A DNA stretch of 64,000 nt from Eremomyces bilateralis CBS 781.70 (taxonomy: Eukaryota). Below, in pieces: positions 58,115 through 64,000 of this stretch. The stretch lies in assembly GCA_010015585.1 (NCBI GenBank), contig ML975158.1. One strand, written 5' to 3'. The position numbers and the translations under genes were made by a program. Numbering within the stretch: position 1 is the first letter of the stretch; each line of letters opens with the position of its first letter. The notes beneath the pieces were generated by a model, which did not search any database, was not told the origin of the DNA, and saw only the letters and a program-made list of their open reading frames with translations.

Positions 58115-59490
58115 CGCGAGAGAAGCTGACGGGGACTGAATAGCGAATGCAAATATGTATCAAGAACCGAAGCTAAACATATATATTGATAGTACGGGAA
58201 GCCTGCGTCTCGTGGTCGCAGCATCGGACAAGAAAACACCCCGCATGCTTCACAGACTTGGAGGTCGGGGTAATAATGGAGAGCACAGCGGTATGCCTGC
58301 AGTTGATGTTGGGATCAGCGCGACGTGCTTTCCATCCGTCTAGACCCGGAAAGAACCACTGAGAGACGAAGAATGAATTCCGACATGTACTCGGACTTTG
58401 AATTGACGTGAACGTATACTTCCTCTACTAGGTGTCAGCGCTTTAGCAAGTACCCTTTAGCAAGTAGCGCGGCGCCGGTAACGTAATGTGAGGCATGGAA
58501 TAGCGCGCAAGACGTCCTATCATGGCATTCTCTGCGGGTCAGTTGGCAAGAATCTCGAACAGTCCGACGGTCAATGAAACTAGCATGGTGTCTGATGCTA
58601 TCATGCCTCCCGTCCATGAACCTCACGCTCTTCAAGCAAGACAGTCTAGTAACTGAACCGTTCTTGGTCCGGCAGCGCATTCCTAATATCAGCCTCGTCT
58701 TACCCGTGGAGAAGAACATAATAAAGGTCCAAACATCGCCAAGTACTTGGCTGTGGAATCTCCATTTAAGCAAACACGAATAAGATGTGCGATCTTCTGA
58801 GGGGGTTGAGATGAGGATTGATGTTCAATGTTAGCGAGGAAGATGAGAATGTGGTAATCAGATGAGGTTGGGGCTGTGACCCGATGACCACCACCCCACC
58901 CCGTGAACCTCCTGGTTGCATGTGGTGATCGTCCAACATGGTCCGCACTTCGATCATAGTACTTCTATGATATTATAGGTAATTATTGGAGAATGTCCAA
59001 GCCACATCGGAGCGTAAAGCTTCCAGCTCGAGCGTCAGCTCGAGCATCCTTTCCATAACAATCTGTAGGGTTTCATCGCATAAGTATCTAGCCGTGCCAG
59101 GCCACAGCACGTCCGTGATCCGTCCAGTTTACGGAACTTCCTCGACATATGTTTTTGTTCACATGGACAACACTTGCCATTGTGTGTCACATTACAACAT
59201 ATACGAGCCTTCATCCATGTATATGTCACATCCGACCTTCTTCTCCCTGCCCAATCGCCCAAGTTAAGCCCGTTCCGGGCGACTTGTCAGCCCTGCGAAA
59301 GGCCGGATGCATGCTTTAGAAATTGTTTGCTACAACGTTTCAGGTAGCGTAAAGTACTCGTAGGAAGGTACGAGTTGAATCGACTTAGAACAACACTATG
59401 CAGACGCCCGTCAATACTCCGTGCTGTGTCCCCAGAAGGGAGGTCTGAAATCGGTTCCCACACACCCACAGAACTTTTCGGTGCGCAGTC

Positions 59491-60300
59491 CTATCTCTGC
59501 TCCAGCCTCCCGCAAACGATCGCATCTTCCCCCAGCGTGATCCATCTGATATCCTTTAGCCGTGCTGCCGGACCCAATCCTCCTCTTTCATCTCTCGTTT
59601 TCTCAGGTTGGATTACTAGGCTTCCCCTCCCCAACCACGTCGGCGCAATCGTGACGATCACCGAATTAACCCACTGCGCATTCGCCGGGCTCAACAGGTC
59701 GTTAATGACGGTCGCTCCTCCCTCCATCATCACGCTCTTAATCCCTTGCTGTGATAGGCAACGCAATATATCCTCCCAATTGAATGCTTGCGAGGTACCT
59801 TTGCGATGATCAGATACATGTAACCGCAAGTATCTCCCACCCAACTCTTGTAACAATTTCACCCGGTCCGCTGGCGGCTGGTTCAACGCCGTGATTATCC
59901 ACGGCGCCTTCCCTTGCCCGGCTCGTGCAAGGCGCATGACCTTGGAATCCGCACTGAAGTTCCATCGGCCAGAGGGATCCAGGATGATGGGACGTGGTTG
60001 GTGTTCCAACGTCGCACCGGCAATTCGGCAGCATAATCCCGGGTCATCTGCGGCGGCGGTGCCGAAGCCAACGAGAATGGCATCGTGCTTCATGCGTAAA
60101 TAATGGGTCATGGCCTTGGAGCGGGGTCCAGAGAGGATAGTGGGAGCGCCGGGCTGGAGCGAGATGGCAGAGTCGAGGGACGTCGCGTAGGTGAGGGTCG
60201 TGTGCATGGAGGAAGTTCCATTAGGAAGATATGGGGAGAGTGGCTGCCTCACATCTTCTTCGACTCGCAAAGTTTCTTGTGTAGGAACCGTTTGAGACAT
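59491..60300 (-). CDS. RIB7: 2,5-diamino-6-ribosylamino-4(3H)-pyrimidinone 5'-phosphate reductase (riboflavin biosynthesis), 269 aa
   Basis: TLTYATSLDSAIS..LSGPRSKAMTHYLR.KHDAILVG.GT..ADDPGL; PRPIILDP; IKSVMMEGGATVIN (RibD_C). Confidence 0.92.
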   Translation of the reverse strand: MSQTVPTQETLRVEEDVRQPLSPYLPNGTSSMHTTLTYATSLDSAISLQPGAPTILSGPRSKAMTHYLRMKHDAILVGFGTAAADDPGLCCRIAGATLEHQPRPIILDPSGRWNFSADSKVMRLARAGQGKAPWIITALNQPPADRVKLLQELGGRYLRLHVSDHRKGTSQAFNWEDILRCLSQQGIKSVMMEGGATVINDLLSPANAQWVNSVIVTIAPTWLGRGSLVIQPEKTRDERGGLGPAARLKDIRWITLGEDAIVCGRLEQR

Positions 60301-60638
60301 TGTTGGGATCGGTTGATGACAACGTTGAAGCGATGTCGTGGAACAAACGTGGATGGAAGAATGAATGAGTGAATCTCAAACTTATCGCGTATATCCGGTT
60401 CGACTTGGAGAGTGCCGTATAGTCATATCAAGCATAAATTCCCCCGCACAATATCGAAATGCAAGCTTACATTTATTTCATCCATTATTAGGTTGTTTAA
60501 TATACTTGTTTCAAGATTGTATGGATCGAAGTACTGTAGTCTTATGAGTTGTATCGCAACGTCGCTTAATAAGCAAGGGTGGCTAAAGGATCTACACATG
60601 AAGGAGAGGATAAGAAGACCGACTGAATCTCCTGGAAA

Positions 60639-62611
60639 CCATCGTATTCTTATGGCTTCCATCGCTGGCAATTCCTCTTCCGTTCCTCCTAAAAACTCCC
60701 CGAGCATGATTCCATGAACATAGCAGTCCCCAACCAGAGTGTAGTAGGCTCCCTTCGAGCGCAACACGAACGGGACTCGTGCCCCTCGCAAAATGCAAAT
60801 CACATCACCGGGCCTCGCAGCGGCGGGGACAAGAGCCGCATATGACTTATTAGTAGCCGCAAACCGCCTCCCTACGGTCGCTTTGGCCATGTTCTGGATG
60901 GCGGTGAAATCCTGCCGATGCATTGTCTTTGCAAGCCATACCGACGATTGCCGATCTGTCGTCGCAATACCTCGAGATCAACTTCATATAGAAACATCTT
61001 CGGACCCGGCTCCTCCATCCAGTTCGCAAGGCTGCTCGTGTCTCGAAATTGGTCGACTTCGAGTAGAGTCGCGAGTGCTGAGTCCATCCGTTCGCCCGTG
61101 GGGTATTGCGTGAGACGTTCCTTGAAGGTGGATAATTCGGCCACGACGTTGGCTAAGTGCATCGCGTTTGACGCTGCGTTGATTTACCCCGTAGACGCGC
61201 TCCCAACGATCAGGATTTTCTGAAGAATGGCGCCCTCTGTTACGAGCTCAGTATTGTTGGTTGAGAGCTTCATCTCGCAGTCCGGCGCCGATTTTCTAGG
61301 CGTTTCTTGATCCCTCCTCTTTAAATGGCCGAATGCATCGAAATACCACCTGGTCATCATGCTCATCGTGTGCCCTATGTTGGTCCTGATGGGGCACTGC
61401 TCCCAGTCGGGGACCCAGGACAGACAATCAGCTGTGGTAAGATCGGACCTTGCCGCCTCATACAAGAGATTATCGCCTTCATGACGAGCAATGAAATACT
61501 TCGCCAGCCGGAGATATACATTTACCTTGAATTCAACGCTTTGCAGATTTCCCATCTCATACTCCACAGGGAATCTCTCCCTGGTCAGGCCAAGGAGAGC
61601 ATAGATCTTGTCGACGGCTAAAGTGGCTCGACCAGTCCTACAGCCTTGCATGAGTAGCAAAAGGCTTTTGCCGTCCTTACCCTCCATCCTATCGTTGCGT
61701 AGGGTGTTGACGGAAGATAACTGGGTCATTCCTTTATATATCTCTAGCTTCGTTGGCTCATTCGCGAAATCATCCCAGCGTACCTTGGATTCCCGAAAGG
61801 CTTCGAGAAGGGCCTGGAAAGTGGTGAGTAGACAGAGGTCTTGACCACAAACCATCACGACCTCTGTAGAAACGGCCATTTCTTGGACTATCCATATCCT
61901 CTGGAAGAACGGTCGTGCTAGTAGCGATGCAATGGCTGTGAGGATGCGTGTGCGGTATGGTTGGAATGGACCGAACAACTTCTCGTCTGGTGATGCACAG
62001 GCATGGACACAGTCCAAAAACAATTTTGATTTCCGAAGCTGGATAGCCCACTGCATAAATTTGGAGTCGTCCACTGCCAAGTAATACGTCTTCCGTACTT
62101 CGGCGGCTAGGTCGGTGGATCTGAGTCTTGTTCGGAAGTCGTGCGCAATCGCTGCGCTTGCATTGTGGAAATACACAAAGGCCAAATGGCTATCATCCCC
62201 TGGCTCTCTGGGATATGCCAAAGTACGTTTCGCTGACTGGTAAATGTGTCTCATTCCGGCCACCTGCACTTCTTTCTCCTCCTTATCATCCTGGTAGATA
62301 CAGAGAGCATCAATCCAGAACAGAGCCGACGATGTAATCTCCCGCTTCTGCCGTAATATTAGAAAACCCAGAGCGGAGACAAGATTCGTCCCTCCCCAGA
62401 GAAAGCTACCATCTCCGCACGCGATGCGCTGTCTATCAGGGTTGGGGCCCCAGACGTACGACAGTGTTTCGAAGGGTCCTTTCGCTGTATCCGATCGAGT
62501 GTGGATGATAGTAACCTCCGGAGTAATCGTGGACGGCGTGAATGATATGTCCGGAAGTCGGACGAGGCGAATTTCACCTTCAGTTAGCGGGCGGTATCGA
62601 TAAACAGGCAT
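60639..62611 (-). pseudogene. HET-domain (HET-6-like) heterokaryon incompatibility gene with an in-frame stop (61186-61184) and a frameshift (~60985-60875)
   Basis: MPVYRYRPL..EIRL, FETLSYVWG, FWIDALCI.QDD..EK..QV..M..IY..A and FQRIWIVQE. The HET-6 C-terminal GRRF..GDVICILRGA.VPFVLR..LVGDCYVHGIM.GE lies in another frame, after a TAA. Confidence 0.8.
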
Positions 62612-63508
62612 TCTCTTTCTTGGACTATCTGTACTTCGATAGATGAAAGGGGCGTAAAAGGCGGTTAGTTGACTTAGAAGGCGAAATAGGAAGTAAAATC
62701 TGGAGAACAAGGCATTCCAAGTCCTCACTTGATCGCTTTTTTTGGCGTTGCGAGTTGACGCCCTTTCATGCCATAATGAGGCTGTGTTTGACAGGAAATC
62801 CGATGCTACCATTGGATACAGACGCAGGCAGCCACCAAGTTGATGATATTGGCCGAGGGTGCAGTCTCCATCGTCGGCACTACAGTAGGTGATGATACGC
62901 ATAGAAAATAGTACAGTCCCGGTAGGCCGACTCTGGTTAATATCTAAAGAAACCCATAGATGTATAAAGCAGCATTTTAACGCAGGGAAAAGAGATTGTG
63001 TAGAAAGAAGGACATCAATCAGAGAAGGTTGCGTTGGTATGTAGCAACGTATTAGTACGAGTAGGTATCCGCTTACAAGCTTTAGAAGTGGTAACTTACA
63101 CTTTGGACTTACCCATAAAACAATAGTATGAAATTCAGGGAAACTAAAGTCAAAATCATAAAGTCTGCTTGGTCTTGGGGTCAGGTAGGAAATACATCGA
63201 TGTTGAGCAGCTTTCAGGAGATAATTCAAGCTAACTTAACCACTTCGGGATTAAAATACCACGCTACTTTCAGAACAGCCCCAGCATTGCGTCGTGTTGT
63301 TCATCTTGTTCATCATAGGCAACGTTAAGGTACCTCTTACTTACAAGAAACGTCGACGATCTCAAATGACTCAAATGCACGCTTCTGTAGCCAATTGCGG
63401 CTTTAGTGAGCACTTTCTCAATTGTTGAAACATGGGCGAACTATAGAGTACTGGAAAGACGAGAACCTGACTGCTTGTTGAGCTCGATACAAGGCATCCT
63501 CGTCCGCG

Positions 63509-64000
63509 ATGTCTCTGACTCTAAAGATTGGATCGCTTGCCATTCGAACCTTCGCCAAGCCGGTTGCCGTACGTACAAACCCACATGTATCTGCCCGGAA
63601 ACTAACGCGTGATCTAGAACTACATCAAGAGAAATGCCCACGAGCACGACCGATTCCGCAGGGGCTGCATCTCCTTCGCCCAACGCCTCCACCGCATCGA
63701 CATGCGCCTCCGCCTCGGCCTCCTCCAGGACCCTGCCGTCATCGAACGCCAGATCCAGCGCGAGATCAAGGACGCCGAGGCGAAGCGACTCGCGCTCCAG
63801 AACATGCCGACGGTCAAGACCGAATCGGAAACGCTCGTGTCCGAGGAGATAGCGAAGCGGGAGCGCCAGGGGATACGGGAGAAGGTGCGGTCGGAGAAGC
63901 ATATACCGCGGATCCGGCCGCTGTCGGAGGCGAAGGCGATAGAAACAGGGGCGAATTTCATGAGCGAGGCGTTCATGTTCCTGGTCGCGGGAGCGATCAT
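63509..64000 (+). CDS. OPA3: OPA3-like mitochondrial protein (runs off the window); exons 63509-63568, 63618->64000
   Basis: MSLTLKIGSLAIRTFAKPVA|NYIKRNAHEHDRFRRGCISFAQRLHRIDMRLRLGL..IRPLSEAKAIETGANFMSEAFMFLVAGAI. Intron GTACGT..CTAAC..TAG. It is absent from the ORF track because no stop falls in the window. Confidence 0.9.
   Translation, partial: MSLTLKIGSLAIRTFAKPVAVRTNPHVSARKLTRDLELHQEKCPRARPIPQGLHLLRPTPPPHRHAPPPRPPPGPCRHRTPDPARDQGRRGEATRAPEHADGQDRIGNARVRGDSEAGAPGDTGEGAVGEAYTADPAAVGGEGDRNRGEFHERGVHVPGRGSDH

Noticed and set aside
62612..63229. 206-codon in-frame extension upstream of the HET ATG
   Set aside because: It has a non-ATG start and non-coding-like composition, and it contains a probable 100-nt 5'-UTR intron (62728-62629). 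Family homology starts at MPVYRYRPL.

Overview
Gene-dense, intron-containing nuclear DNA of a filamentous ascomycete (Pezizomycotina, Dothideomycete-like; taxon inferred from GTRAGT/CTRAC/YAG introns and gene content). I reconstructed about 23 protein-coding loci, most of them spliced housekeeping genes. Recognised genes: GT34 (MNN10/GMA12-like), MRP10, NPR2, AIM25-like scramblase, UBC7, SIN3, an MLH2-like MutL homologue, a Trx/DSBA-like protein, an AYR1-like SDR, VPS13, EMI1-like, cytosolic HSP70, glycerol-3-phosphate acyltransferase, glutaminase GtaA, RIB7 and OPA3-like. Four further genes are conserved unknowns. The accessory content is: (i) three different insertions at one TTTAAA site upstream of the SDR gene (a poly(A)-tailed LINE fragment with a 15-bp TSD, a 457-bp segment flanked by 11-bp direct repeats, and a 104-bp hAT-type MITE with an 8-bp TSD nested in that segment); (ii) a nest of solo LTRs directly upstream of a 5'-truncated TAP-like peptidase; (iii) a decayed HET-6-like allorecognition gene. 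The most striking unexplained structure is a strand-independent pattern of C-rich blocks followed by G-rich blocks that runs through coding sequence at gene ends. I found no tRNA, rRNA or CRISPR, and I cannot support a new multi-gene system. The best leads are listed as findings.
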